A DNA stretch of 64,000 nucleotides from the NCBI GenBank assembly GCA_964391725.1, contig CAYMNB010000002.1:860-64859 (forward strand), in the 5' to 3' direction. A model generated the notes under the pieces. That model worked only from the letters and a program-made list of their open reading frames with translations, searched no databases and had not been told where the DNA came from. Source of the stretch: an uncultured Anaerolineaceae bacterium (GTDB lineage: Bacteria; Chloroflexota; Anaerolineae; Anaerolineales; Anaerolineaceae). Positions 1 through 9,241 of this stretch are shown one piece after another (positions within the stretch are counted from its first letter, which is position 1; the number at the start of each line of letters is the position of its first letter). The position numbers and the translations under genes are program-made.

Positions 1-629
1 CTGACCTGATGGGTCAATTCCCGGAAGGATATTCGTTGTGTGGGGGCTGACTTGATGCGGTGTAAGATCGCACTAATTTTTTGTTTGATGGTGACGCGGG
101 GGATATTGACGACATCATTGATCGGCAGATCGGTGCGCACAAAAAAGGCGGTGCGGGCAGCAGCCAGAAATGCTTCCAGGGTTAATTCGCTCAGGTCGGG
201 TTTGGCTTCGAACTTAGGCCTGGGTGCTGTTACGCGCAAGTAGGTACGATAATTGCCCTCTTCGCGTTCTTTGAGGAATTCAGAGAGTTCCTTGAATTGT
301 TTGTAGGCGCGTAATTGTCTGGCGAGTTCTTCTCCGGGATCTTCTTCGGCTGTTTTGGCTTCTGATGGCGGTTTTGGCAGCAAAGCCGCTGATTTTATCT
401 GGAGCAATTTGGCTGCGATCACAAGGAAGGCAGAGACTTCTTCAGGATCTTGTTCTTTTACCTGGTTCAGGTAGTGCAAATACTGGTCGGTCACCAGTGC
501 CAATGACAGGGCTGTGATGTCAAGTTCGGCGCTTTCGATCAGGTCAAGCAGTAAATCCAAAGGGCCGGAATACACCGGGGTTGACACCTGGTATTGATCT
601 GATTTGAACTGGGCGATCTTGATGCTCAT
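1..629 (-). CDS. scpA: Segregation and condensation protein A (SMC kleisin), 3' end cut by window edge
   Basis: Not in the ORF track because it runs off the window. My translation from the ATG (complement of 627-629) is MSIKIAQFKSDQYQVSTPVYSGPLDLLLDLIESAELDITALSLALVTDQYLHYL... This fits the ScpA N-terminal pattern (GPLDLLL.LI...DI..I.L..I..QYL). smc lies 2 kb away. Confidence 0.75.
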   Translation of the reverse strand, partial: MSIKIAQFKSDQYQVSTPVYSGPLDLLLDLIESAELDITALSLALVTDQYLHYLNQVKEQDPEEVSAFLVIAAKLLQIKSAALLPKPPSEAKTAEEDPGEELARQLRAYKQFKELSEFLKEREEGNYRTYLRVTAPRPKFEAKPDLSELTLEAFLAAARTAFFVRTDLPINDVVNIPRVTIKQKISAILHRIKSAPTQRISFRELTHQV

Positions 630-681
630 TGGGTGAATTATAGCACAAGCGGATTTTCCGTTATAATGAATCTCATAGGAA

Positions 682-948
682 GTGAGTGATAGAATGATCG
701 ATGTAACAGTTGTGTTATACGCCAATTTGAGAGTCAAAGCTGGAGTGGACAGAGTGGGTTTGTCGATGCCTGACGACGCTACGGTAGATGATTTACTAAA
801 GAAACTAAAACTACAATATCCACCTTTGATTCCTCATTTGACTGAGAAAATTGTGATCTCGATTAATCAAAAAATTGCCTTGAAAGGCGATTTGCTGCCT
901 GATGGTGCTGAGATTGCCTTGCTGCCGCCGATTGGGGGCGGTCAATGA
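682..948 (+). CDS. MoaD/ThiS-family small sulfur-carrier protein, C-terminus ...LLPPIGGGQ
   Basis: An 84-88 aa beta-grasp-like sequence (start is GTG 682 or ATG 694). It ends ...DGAEIALLPPIGGGQ, resembling the MoaD ...FPPV(S/T)GG end plus one extra residue. Its stop overlaps the next gene start (ATGA at 945-948). Confidence 0.7.
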   Translation: MSDRMIDVTVVLYANLRVKAGVDRVGLSMPDDATVDDLLKKLKLQYPPLIPHLTEKIVISINQKIALKGDLLPDGAEIALLPPIGGGQ

Positions 949-2036
949 TCCAATGCAGGGACTGTAAACGGCCTTACCCATCGGAAGGTATGCCGTATCT
1001 TTGCGAAAGCTGTGGAGGCGAATTTGATGTTCAGGGAATTTTCCCCTTTAATCTGTCTCAGATAGAGGAGGAGCAGCCAGGTATCTGGAAATATCGACAT
1101 GCCTTTCTTAATCCACCTGCACCGGTGTTGAGCCTGGGTGAAGGCAGTACTCCGCTGGTGAAGGTCGATGATGCTGGTTCGCTTTTTGTCAAACTTGAAT
1201 ATTTAAATCCCACTGGTTCTTACAAAGATCGTGTGATGCCATTGATCGTCAGTGAAGTATTGGCTCGTGGAGGAACCCAGGCAATTGAGGATTCGTCTGG
1301 CAATGCAGGTGCCGCCTTTGCTGCCTATGCCGCCAGGGCTGGTATTACTGCGAAAGTATTTGTTCCTGCTTACACCGAACAGGCGAAAATCGATCAGATT
1401 GAATGTTTTGGTGCCAAAGCTGTATTGGTCGAAGGCCCGCGCCAGGCTGCTTCAGAAGCGGTCAGGCAGGAGGCTGAGAGGGGGAGTTGGTATGCGAGCC
1501 ATGCCAATTTGCCATTTGGGCTGGGCGGTATTGCCACCATAGCTTATGAATTGTTCAAGCAGATGGAGCACACAGTGCCTGGTACGGTCATCACACCGGT
1601 AGGACATGGACATTTGCTGCGGGGTGTGATCGAGGGGTTTCTTGCCTTGCTTCACAAAGGATATATCGAAACGCTGCCGTATTTTGTTGGCGTCCAGCCT
1701 GAAAGGTGTGCGCCGGTTGCACGTGCATGGGCAGAGCAAGCCGGGGTTTATAAAAAGATATCGCCCGAAGAAACTGTCGCGCAGGGGGCGTCGGTCAGCG
1801 AGCCAAAGCAAGGCAACAATCTTCTGCACATGGTTAAAGAACTTGGCGGTGAATTCATGATGGTCGATGAAACATCGATCATGGATGGTTTTTCATCACT
1901 GGCGCGCAGAGGATTTTTTGTCGAACCAACCTCCGCGCTGGTTTGGGCAGGTTATGAGAAACGCAAAGAATCATTAAAACCACCTGTGGTTTTAATCTTG
2001 ACGGGATCGGGGCTGAAATATACAATAAAACATTGA
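945..2036 (+). CDS. PLP-dependent threonine-synthase-family (fold type II) enzyme with N-terminal Cys4 zinc ribbon
   Basis: The N-terminus CRDCKRPY...YLCESCGG is a Cys4 ribbon. NPTGSYKDR carries the PLP-lysine motif, and DSSGNAG is present. The 363 aa length fits short ThrC-type enzymes. Confidence 0.75.
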   Translation: MIQCRDCKRPYPSEGMPYLCESCGGEFDVQGIFPFNLSQIEEEQPGIWKYRHAFLNPPAPVLSLGEGSTPLVKVDDAGSLFVKLEYLNPTGSYKDRVMPLIVSEVLARGGTQAIEDSSGNAGAAFAAYAARAGITAKVFVPAYTEQAKIDQIECFGAKAVLVEGPRQAASEAVRQEAERGSWYASHANLPFGLGGIATIAYELFKQMEHTVPGTVITPVGHGHLLRGVIEGFLALLHKGYIETLPYFVGVQPERCAPVARAWAEQAGVYKKISPEETVAQGASVSEPKQGNNLLHMVKELGGEFMMVDETSIMDGFSSLARRGFFVEPTSALVWAGYEKRKESLKPPVVLILTGSGLKYTIKH

Positions 2037-2127
2037 ACTTATGGGCCGTTTGCTACCTGACATATGTTTTAGGTGAGGTGGCGTACGATCCCTGAGTTCA
2101 GCCAACGATGTCAATGGAGGTATTTTA

Positions 2128-2862
2128 ATGGCTGAATTTCGAAAAATGGGGAATGGGTACATGGTGCGTGAGGCGCCACGGGCTTTGGCGGAAAGAATAG
2201 GCTTGGAATTCAATGACTGGCTACTGTTAAGCCGGGCGTTGACACACCGCTCCTATTTGAATGAGCACACGGATGCATTGGAAGACAATGAAAGGCTTGA
2301 ATATCTGGGCGATGCGGTGCTTGATTTCATCGCGGCGGCCTGGCTTTACAACCGGTATCCAGAAATGCCCGAAGGCGACCTGACCAGAATGCGGTCGTCG
2401 TTGGTGCAAACTGAACAACTGGCATCTTTTGCCCGTGAGATTGACCTGGGCAATGCCATGTTGTTAGGGCGCGGTGAGATGAATTCAGGGGGTACTGACC
2501 GCGACGCATTGCTTTGCGACACTTTTGAAGCCCTGGTGGGTGCTTATTACTTGGATTGTAATGATATCAAACAGGTTGAAACCTTTGTGGTGCCTTTTTT
2601 CGGCGAAGTTGCCGACAAGGCTGTGGAGAACAGGCGAATTGATGATTCGAAAGGCATGCTGCAGGAGTGGGTGCAATCACAGGGGCATCTTGCCCCGCGT
2701 TATGTGATCAGGCGCACCTATGGGCCAGACCACTCGAAAGTATTTGAAGTCGATGTGGTGGTAAATGGCAATGTGCTTGCGAGCGGGGTTGGCCATAGCA
2801 AACAGGCAGCCACAAAGGATGCTGCCAGTGCGGGTTTAAAACTATTGGGATTAATCGATTGA
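2128..2862 (+). CDS. rnc: Ribonuclease III
   Basis: The RNase III signature ERLEYLGDAVLD is present, followed by a C-terminal dsRBD (GPDHSKVFEV...GHSKQAATKDAA). It sits in rnc-smc synteny. Confidence 0.92.
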   Translation: MAEFRKMGNGYMVREAPRALAERIGLEFNDWLLLSRALTHRSYLNEHTDALEDNERLEYLGDAVLDFIAAAWLYNRYPEMPEGDLTRMRSSLVQTEQLASFAREIDLGNAMLLGRGEMNSGGTDRDALLCDTFEALVGAYYLDCNDIKQVETFVVPFFGEVADKAVENRRIDDSKGMLQEWVQSQGHLAPRYVIRRTYGPDHSKVFEVDVVVNGNVLASGVGHSKQAATKDAASAGLKLLGLID

Positions 2863-2903
2863 CCCTTGTCAATCAGAAAGTTACAGACAAAACAGGCAAA
2901 CCT

Positions 2904-5900
2904 ATGCCCACTCGATTATTATCACTTGAATTGCAAGGGTACAAAACCTTTGCCACAAAAAATGATTTCCTATTTGCAGATGAAATCACCGCCATTGTCG
3001 GACCGAACGGTTCAGGCAAATCCAACGTTGCTGATGCCATACGGTGGGTATTGGGCGAGCAATCATTTTCTCTGCTGCGGGCGCGAAAGACTGACGATAT
3101 GATCTTTGCCGGGTCTGAACGGCGTTCGCGATCAGGCATGGCTTCGGCGACGATTGTTTTCAACAATGAAACCCAGTGGCTGCCAATCGATTTTTCAGAG
3201 GTTTCACTCACAAGAAGGGCCTATCGCGATGGACAGAATGAGTATCTCATCAATGGATCGCGGGTTCGTTTGCGTGATATTAACGAATTATTGGCGCAAT
3301 CGGGCCTGTCTGAGCGCACTTATACCGTCATCGGTCAGGGACTGGTTGACAGTGCTCTTTCGCTGCGGCCCGAAGAACGCCGACAATTTTTTGAGGAGGC
3401 GGCTGGTATCCAGTTGTATCGCAGTCGCCAGGAAGAGTCTGCCAATCGGTTGGCAACAACGCGGCGCAACATGGACAGGGTCTATGACATCCTGAACGAA
3501 ATCCAACCGCGACTGCGCTCATTGGAGCGTCAAGCCCGGCGGGTTGAAGATTACGAACGAATCAGTGCTGATTTGCAATTGTTGCTGCGCGAGTGGTATG
3601 GTTACCATTGGCAGTTAAGCCAGCAGGAGATCCACAAAGCCCAACAAGTCTATCAATACCGTGAGAACCTTGTTCATGAAGCCAGTAAAAAGCAATCGAT
3701 GATCGATGAAGAAATGAATGTCTTGCGGGAGGAAGTGCGTTTACTGCGAGACAAGCTGGCAGGGTTGCATGGGCGTTCTGCTGCACTGCATGAGAAGCGA
3801 GAATATGAATCAAGGCAATCAGCCATATTTGAAGAACGCCACAAAGCCATCACCGCACTACAAAGTGATTTGAAGTTACAGACAGCCAGGGTCGATGAGC
3901 AGGAGATATCAGAAAAAGAGCGATTGTCCGGCTTGCAACGTGATCGTGATGCATTGAGTTTGGAGATTGAGCAGATCAAGCACAAGGTTGAATTCATTAA
4001 CTCAGAGCTGCACACGAAAAATCTGCAGCGAAGTCAATTGGAAACGAGACTTCGTTCTACTCAACAAGAAGCTGATACTCATGCGAAAGAAACCTTGCGG
4101 CTGCAGGCAAAGAGCAATGAATTGCATCATCGTACCGAAGAATTAACAGTCAGTGTTGAAGAGATCAATCAGCACATCGATAACCTCGAACGCCAATACG
4201 AGGCCAATCTACTTGTTATGGCTGAGCAAGCCGAAAAATCGACCGATCTGCAATCACGTCTCAACGATGTTGTACAGATGCTTGCCGGACAACAAAAGGT
4301 GCAGCAAGAGCATGAAAAGGCCTTTAGTGCGAAAAAACAAGAGTTAACAGACCTGAACCTTGAACATGGGCGTTACGAAGCTACATTGGCCTATCTTGAC
4401 CAATCAGAAGCAGCTTACAGCGGGTTGTCTGAAGGAACCGCGGCTTTGCTGCGGGCAGCCACATCGGGAAAAATGAAAGGGACTATGCGTGCACTCAGCA
4501 CAGTCCTGGATGTGCCGGAGCGTTACGAAACCGCTGTTTCGGCGGTTTTGGGCGAACGCGTACAGACTGTCCTGTTGGACAACGATGTAAACATTGATGA
4601 TCTCCTGAACTACATCGGGTCTGAAAAAAAGGGCCGAACAGTGATGGCAGCCTCCTCGCTGGTGACATTGAACAGAAAAACCAAAACAAAGTCTCTGCCT
4701 GGTGGGCAATGGTTGGCAGACCTGGTGAGTTATCCAGAGGCTTATGCCCCAATTTTCACGGCTATATTGGGGGATGTGGTGATTGTTGAGAATCGAAAAG
4801 ACGCGCTTGCGGCAAGAAAATCCGGCCGGGATGATATTGTGGTGGTTACCCTGGCAGGTGAAATTTTCTTCCCTGATGGCGTGATTATCGCCGGCGGTGA
4901 AAGCTCAAAAACGACTATTATATCTCGACCAAGACAGAAACGAGAGATTAACGAAAAACTCAAGGCAGTTAATAAACAAAGAAAAGAGCTGGATGCTGTA
5001 TTGGAACAGATGGAAAAAAAGAGTGACCATCTATCCGAAGTCATCAACGCCCTCGAACATGATACTGCCAAGTGGGAAACTGAGGTTGCTGGCTTGGAGC
5101 GACAGACCTATCAGATTGATCTTGCTCAAAAGCGGATCTCGGCGGATATTGATTCAGCGGTCAAGCAGCGCGAACAGTTGATTTGGCGGAAGAAATCCAC
5201 TGATGAGGAAATCTCAGGCATCACCCAGGAGATCGCCCAACATGAACAGAGCCAGGGTACGCTTATGGAAAAAGTTGGCGAGATCAGGGAAGCGTTGGCA
5301 GAGATTTCCACCAGCGAATTAGAAAATGATAAATCTATCTGGCAGACCAACCTGGCGGTGAGCAACCAGGCTTTGCAAGCGGCTGACAGGCGTATCCGTG
5401 AAGTGACTGAACTGGTGACTGGTTTACAATCACAAAAGGTGAACTTGACGACACGTTTGGATCAATATGCGCTGGAATTGGATGAATTATTGGCGCAGCA
5501 GCAACTGATTACTGAGCATACCCAAACAATTCGACTGCAAATTGACGAAATCAATGAAGAAATTAGGCCAGCAGAAAAATCGTTAGCTGAAAAAGAAGAT
5601 AACCTGACAGTTTTACAGAAACGTTATACTGTTGCGCAACAGAATCTGACCACGGCAGAGCGGAACTTTACGCAGGCTCAGTTACAACTGGCTCGTGAAC
5701 GAGAAAAATCAGCGAATCTTCGCGAAAAGATTGAGGATGATTTTGGGCTGGTTTCTTTTGATGCAGAACAACCCTTGGGCGGACAGGAAATTCTGCCGTT
5801 TATGGGCGTGGTGAAACAACTGCCGGTGGTCAAAGAGTTGCCTGCGAATCTTGATGATGAGATCAAACGGAATCGGGGATTATTGCGGCGGCTGGGGGCG

Positions 5901-6515
5901 ATTAACCCGGATGCCAAAAAAGAATTTGATGAAGTCAATGAACGCTATGAATTTCTCAGTCAGCAACTGGCAGACCTTACCTCGGCTGAGAAGGATCTGC
6001 AAGCAGTCATCGATGAATTAAATGAACTGATGAAGATCGAATTTTCGAAAACTTTCAAACAGGTAGCGGAAGAATTTTCGGTCTACTTCACACGGTTATT
6101 TGCCGGGGGAAGCGCCCGATTGGAAATGACGGATGAAGATAATCCGACTTTGTCTGGTATCGAAATACATGCGCAACTGCCCGGAAGGCGTGAACAGAAC
6201 CTGGCATTGTTGTCGGGCGGGGAACGGAGCCTGACGGCGGTGGCGTTGGTGTTCGCCCTTTTGCGAGTATCGCCAACACCGTTTTGCATTCTGGATGAGG
6301 TGGACGCCATGCTGGATGAATCCAATGTGGGCCGTTTCTGTGAGTTATTGAAGGAGTTGAGCGCCAGCGGTACCCAGTTTATTGTGGTGACGCACAACCG
6401 AGGAACGGTGCAGGCTGCCAATATCATTTATGGCGTCACCAAAGGCACCGATTCTGCCAGTCATGTGGTCAGTTTGAAACTGGAAGATGTCAGTGAAGAC
6501 ATGATCTATGCATGA
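2904..6515 (+). CDS. smc: Chromosome segregation protein SMC
   Basis: Contains Walker A GPNGSGKSN, long coiled-coil regions, a hinge, the C-motif LSGGE and Walker B ILDEVDA. The ORF opens at TTG 2859, but ATG 2904 gives the typical SMC start MPTRLLSLELQGYKTF. Confidence 0.93.
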   Translation: MPTRLLSLELQGYKTFATKNDFLFADEITAIVGPNGSGKSNVADAIRWVLGEQSFSLLRARKTDDMIFAGSERRSRSGMASATIVFNNETQWLPIDFSEVSLTRRAYRDGQNEYLINGSRVRLRDINELLAQSGLSERTYTVIGQGLVDSALSLRPEERRQFFEEAAGIQLYRSRQEESANRLATTRRNMDRVYDILNEIQPRLRSLERQARRVEDYERISADLQLLLREWYGYHWQLSQQEIHKAQQVYQYRENLVHEASKKQSMIDEEMNVLREEVRLLRDKLAGLHGRSAALHEKREYESRQSAIFEERHKAITALQSDLKLQTARVDEQEISEKERLSGLQRDRDALSLEIEQIKHKVEFINSELHTKNLQRSQLETRLRSTQQEADTHAKETLRLQAKSNELHHRTEELTVSVEEINQHIDNLERQYEANLLVMAEQAEKSTDLQSRLNDVVQMLAGQQKVQQEHEKAFSAKKQELTDLNLEHGRYEATLAYLDQSEAAYSGLSEGTAALLRAATSGKMKGTMRALSTVLDVPERYETAVSAVLGERVQTVLLDNDVNIDDLLNYIGSEKKGRTVMAASSLVTLNRKTKTKSLPGGQWLADLVSYPEAYAPIFTAILGDVVIVENRKDALAARKSGRDDIVVVTLAGEIFFPDGVIIAGGESSKTTIISRPRQKREINEKLKAVNKQRKELDAVLEQMEKKSDHLSEVINALEHDTAKWETEVAGLERQTYQIDLAQKRISADIDSAVKQREQLIWRKKSTDEEISGITQEIAQHEQSQGTLMEKVGEIREALAEISTSELENDKSIWQTNLAVSNQALQAADRRIREVTELVTGLQSQKVNLTTRLDQYALELDELLAQQQLITEHTQTIRLQIDEINEEIRPAEKSLAEKEDNLTVLQKRYTVAQQNLTTAERNFTQAQLQLAREREKSANLREKIEDDFGLVSFDAEQPLGGQEILPFMGVVKQLPVVKELPANLDDEIKRNRGLLRRLGAINPDAKKEFDEVNERYEFLSQQLADLTSAEKDLQAVIDELNELMKIEFSKTFKQVAEEFSVYFTRLFAGGSARLEMTDEDNPTLSGIEIHAQLPGRREQNLALLSGGERSLTAVALVFALLRVSPTPFCILDEVDAMLDESNVGRFCELLKELSASGTQFIVVTHNRGTVQAANIIYGVTKGTDSASHVVSLKLEDVSEDMIYA

Positions 6516-6523
6516 AAAAAGAC

Positions 6524-6550
6524 GGCACTGAAAGAGGTGCCGCCTTTTTA
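6524..6550 (+). terminator. Intrinsic terminator after smc
   Basis: Stem CGGCAC/GTGCCG followed by TTTTT, directly after the smc stop codon. Confidence 0.55.
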
Positions 6551-6570
6551 TGTTCTGTCAGTGATGTGAA

Positions 6571-7986
6571 TTATTCTTCCTGGCTTTGCTGCTCAAGCGA
6601 TTCAAAGTATTCAGCTTCTTCTTGATCCAAGGCAGCCTGGGTAGCGGAAGCATCGCGCGGAGAGATGCCTAACAGGGCTTCATACACCCTTGCGTCGCTA
6701 AAGGACGGTTCGGTGGGTGTCATCTGGTCGCGCAACCTGGTGTTGATGATGATCTGGTCTGCCAAAATCAAGCGTTGATTGTCCAGCCAGTTTTGGAAAG
6801 CTTCATCTTTGATCTGGGTGAGACGTTGAGCAGTAACCGGAACTTCATCACGGGCGATTACCTGGATGATGTGGTAACCGAAGGTGGTTTGCACCGGATC
6901 GCTGATTTCACCAATTTCAAGCGAAAAAGCAGCTTCTTCGAACTCCGGCACCATGACCCCGCGGCCAAACCAGCCAAGGTCTCCGCCTCGTTCAGCACTG
7001 GTGGTATCTTGCGACAGCAACAGTGCCAAATCTTCAAAGAGCATCTGGTCTGAACGCAACTGCCCAACCACACTGAGGGCGTCGGTTTCATTTGCGACAA
7101 GAATGTGACGTGCCCATACCTGTTCCTCTGTGGCGGGTATGTCAGCTGTCAGGAAGTCGTACAATCTCTCTCGCAAAATAACACCACGTTGAATTTCGAG
7201 GAACGTGGGTTCGCGGACGCCGGCGAGACTCAAATCGCCAAGGTAATCGGCATAGTTCTGTTCATACAGTTCAAAGGTGTAAGGTGTTGGCGTGAGTTCA
7301 GGTTCACCGGCAACATCTTCTTCAATCAGAGGTTCTTCTATTGACTCCTCAGTGTCCTCAGCCGGTTGGGTTGGCTCTCTGGTTGGCGTCGGGGTTACCA
7401 GGCTAAGTTGGGTTGCATTCAGGGTTGGCAGGGGAGCGGTTGTTGGAACCTCCACTGGTGTGGGCGTTCCTTCCGGGTAATAGGAAAAACCTTGCTGTAA
7501 TCTGGCTTCCAGGTCTTCATCACTCACCGTTATTCCCAGTCGCCGTGTTTCCATGAGGATAATTTTTTCTTCGATCATGGAATTCAACACTTCTGTTCCA
7601 AGGAATTCTTTCGACTCCAGCAATTGACCGATTTGATTCATCTGGTTTTGCTGGTTACCGTCATAATCACCGAATAATTGCATGATCTGGTTGATCTGCA
7701 CATATTGTTGCAGCAGCTGCCAGCGCAGATAACGAGCCTGGTTCTGGTATTCTCTGACGGTAATTTCTTCTTCGCCAACGGTGGCTATGACTTTGTTGGG
7801 AGTGATGAAAAACGCATCGATCATACCGATCAGGAGAATGATGACGATTACACCGCCAATGGCAGCCGCAATTGTGATCAGGAGCTTTTTCTGTTGGGCT
7901 TCCTTCTGGCTGATGCGCTGCTGTTTCTTTGTTGGCTGTGGGGTTGATGCGGCTTTGTATTTTTGTTCTTTATTACGATTTGGCAT
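6571..7986 (-). CDS. Membrane-anchored parvulin-type peptidyl-prolyl isomerase (SurA/PrsA-like)
   Basis: Has an N-terminal TM segment (LLITIAAAIGGVIVIILLIGMI). The PpiC domain reads ARHILV...GGDLGWFGRGVMVPEFEEAAF...GYHIIQV. Confidence 0.85.
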   Translation of the reverse strand: MPNRNKEQKYKAASTPQPTKKQQRISQKEAQQKKLLITIAAAIGGVIVIILLIGMIDAFFITPNKVIATVGEEEITVREYQNQARYLRWQLLQQYVQINQIMQLFGDYDGNQQNQMNQIGQLLESKEFLGTEVLNSMIEEKIILMETRRLGITVSDEDLEARLQQGFSYYPEGTPTPVEVPTTAPLPTLNATQLSLVTPTPTREPTQPAEDTEESIEEPLIEEDVAGEPELTPTPYTFELYEQNYADYLGDLSLAGVREPTFLEIQRGVILRERLYDFLTADIPATEEQVWARHILVANETDALSVVGQLRSDQMLFEDLALLLSQDTTSAERGGDLGWFGRGVMVPEFEEAAFSLEIGEISDPVQTTFGYHIIQVIARDEVPVTAQRLTQIKDEAFQNWLDNQRLILADQIIINTRLRDQMTPTEPSFSDARVYEALLGISPRDASATQAALDQEEAEYFESLEQQSQEE

Positions 7987-8076
7987 TCTTCTTCTACCTC
8001 ACGGTACCGATATAGCCGTTAAAGGGCATGAGAATCGTTACCATGCCCAGAAACATTCTATTAACAATTTGTTTTT

Positions 8077-8388
8077 TTACCGATCTCGAGAAGGGCGGCG
8101 ACTGGCTTTTTCCATCTGGTCACTGAGTGAACCTTCGGTGAATGGCAGCAGGGCAATGTGGCGGGCGCGCTTAATGGTTTGTGCCAGAGCGCGCTGATGT
8201 TTTGCGCATGTGCCTGTTTGCCGGCGAGGCCGAATTTTGCCTTCTTCGGTAATGAAACGTTCCAACAAGCGTGTGTCTTTATAATCAAATTTGATTGCGC
8301 TGTCTGCACAAAAAGCACACACCTTCGGACGTGGTGTAAATCGTCGTTGACGATAATTTGATCGGGATGATCCTGAATCTTCAGACAT
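8077..8388 (-). CDS. rpsR: 30S ribosomal protein S18
   Basis: [60 protein letters not shown] is a classic S18 core. Confidence 0.95.
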   Translation of the reverse strand: MSEDSGSSRSNYRQRRFTPRPKVCAFCADSAIKFDYKDTRLLERFITEEGKIRPRRQTGTCAKHQRALAQTIKRARHIALLPFTEGSLSDQMEKASRRPSRDR

Positions 8389-8404
8389 TATGTACCTCGA
8401 ATTT

Positions 8405-8761
8405 CTATATCTCTGTGTTGTCCATATCGCGATACCCTAAGATCAGCATTTCACTGGCGACAATTTCAACACTATTGTGTTGTGTGCCTTCGCTGTCTTC
8501 CCATTGGCGGCTTTGCAGTCGTCCTTCTACATAGACGCGTTCACCTTTGGTAAGATATTGGGCACAGATTTCTGCCAGACTGCTCCAGGCAATCACGTTG
8601 AACCATTCTGTTTCATTTTTTTTCTCTCCATCAGCACTGACATAGCTGCGATTGACAGCAACCGAGAAGGTTGTTACCGCCCTTCCACTGGGGGTGTAAC
8701 GCATTTCGGGATCTTTTCCAAGATACCCGATGATCATGACTTTGTTGAGTCCTCGGTTCAT
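8405..8761 (-). CDS. ssb: Single-stranded DNA-binding protein, OB fold only (no Gly-rich linker, no acidic tip)
   Basis: [38 protein letters not shown]...WFNVIAW...[14 protein letters not shown] matches the SSB OB fold. The likely start is the ATG at 8761 (ORF opens at 8803). The protein ends ...[13 protein letters not shown]. Confidence 0.9.
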   Translation of the reverse strand: MNRGLNKVMIIGYLGKDPEMRYTPSGRAVTTFSVAVNRSYVSADGEKKNETEWFNVIAWSSLAEICAQYLTKGERVYVEGRLQSRQWEDSEGTQHNSVEIVASEMLILGYRDMDNTEI

Positions 8762-8814
8762 TTTGTCTCTGCACCAAATAGAGTTAATAAATTGACCAAT
8801 CAATCATATCTTGA

Positions 8815-9102
8815 TCAGTCATCCAATTTCACGGTCATATAACGCATGATGGGTTCAACGATTTGCATGTTTCGCTCTAATTCCGCCACTTTGGCGGGAT
8901 CAAATTGCATATCGAAGAGCATGTATTGTCCTTCACGCTGTTTGCGAATGGGATAAGCCAGGCGTCGGGTGCCCCAATTGTTTTCTTTGGTAACGGTGCC
9001 GCCCAGATCGCCAATCCATTTTTTTACACGGTCACAGACCTCTTGGTAAGCACTTTCTTCAAGGTCGGGGTGGACAATGAAAATAAGCTCGTAATTACGC
9101 AT
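8815..9102 (-). CDS. rpsF: 30S ribosomal protein S6
   Basis: MRNYELIFIVHPDL... is the typical S6 N-terminus. Gene order is rpsF-ssb-rpsR. Confidence 0.93.
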   Translation of the reverse strand: MRNYELIFIVHPDLEESAYQEVCDRVKKWIGDLGGTVTKENNWGTRRLAYPIRKQREGQYMLFDMQFDPAKVAELERNMQIVEPIMRYMTVKLDD

Positions 9103-9114
9103 ACTGTTTTCCTC

Positions 9115-9165
9115 CTTTCCACGGGATTGCCCTCAGCGCGTAGCGTATCCACTGAGAGCGGAAAG
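9115..9165 (-). promoter_or_regulatory. Candidate rpsF 5'-leader structure that sequesters the Shine-Dalgarno sequence
   Basis: The minus strand reads CUUUCC-GC-UCUCAG...CUGAG-GGCAAUCCCGU-GGAAAGGAGG. Helices CUUUCC/GGAAAG and CUCAG/CUGAG flank an asymmetric internal loop, and the 3' arm is part of the RBS. Confidence 0.35.
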
Positions 9166-9241
9166 GCAGCATTAAGAATTTTGTTATGCTGCTTTTTATA
9201 CCAGGGTGGAATGTTACCACAAAACTGATGTTTTTACCAGC

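Noticed and set aside
40-243. A 67-aa plus-strand ORF at the window start.
   Set aside because: It lies antisense within the scpA coding sequence, and the ScpA reading frame is well supported.
2859-2903. A TTG start for smc that overlaps the rnc stop, as given in the ORF track.
   Set aside because: ATG 2904 yields the canonical SMC N-terminus (MPTRLLSLELQGYKTF). The 15 extra residues have no counterpart in the SMC proteins I know. The TTG remains possible but is less likely.
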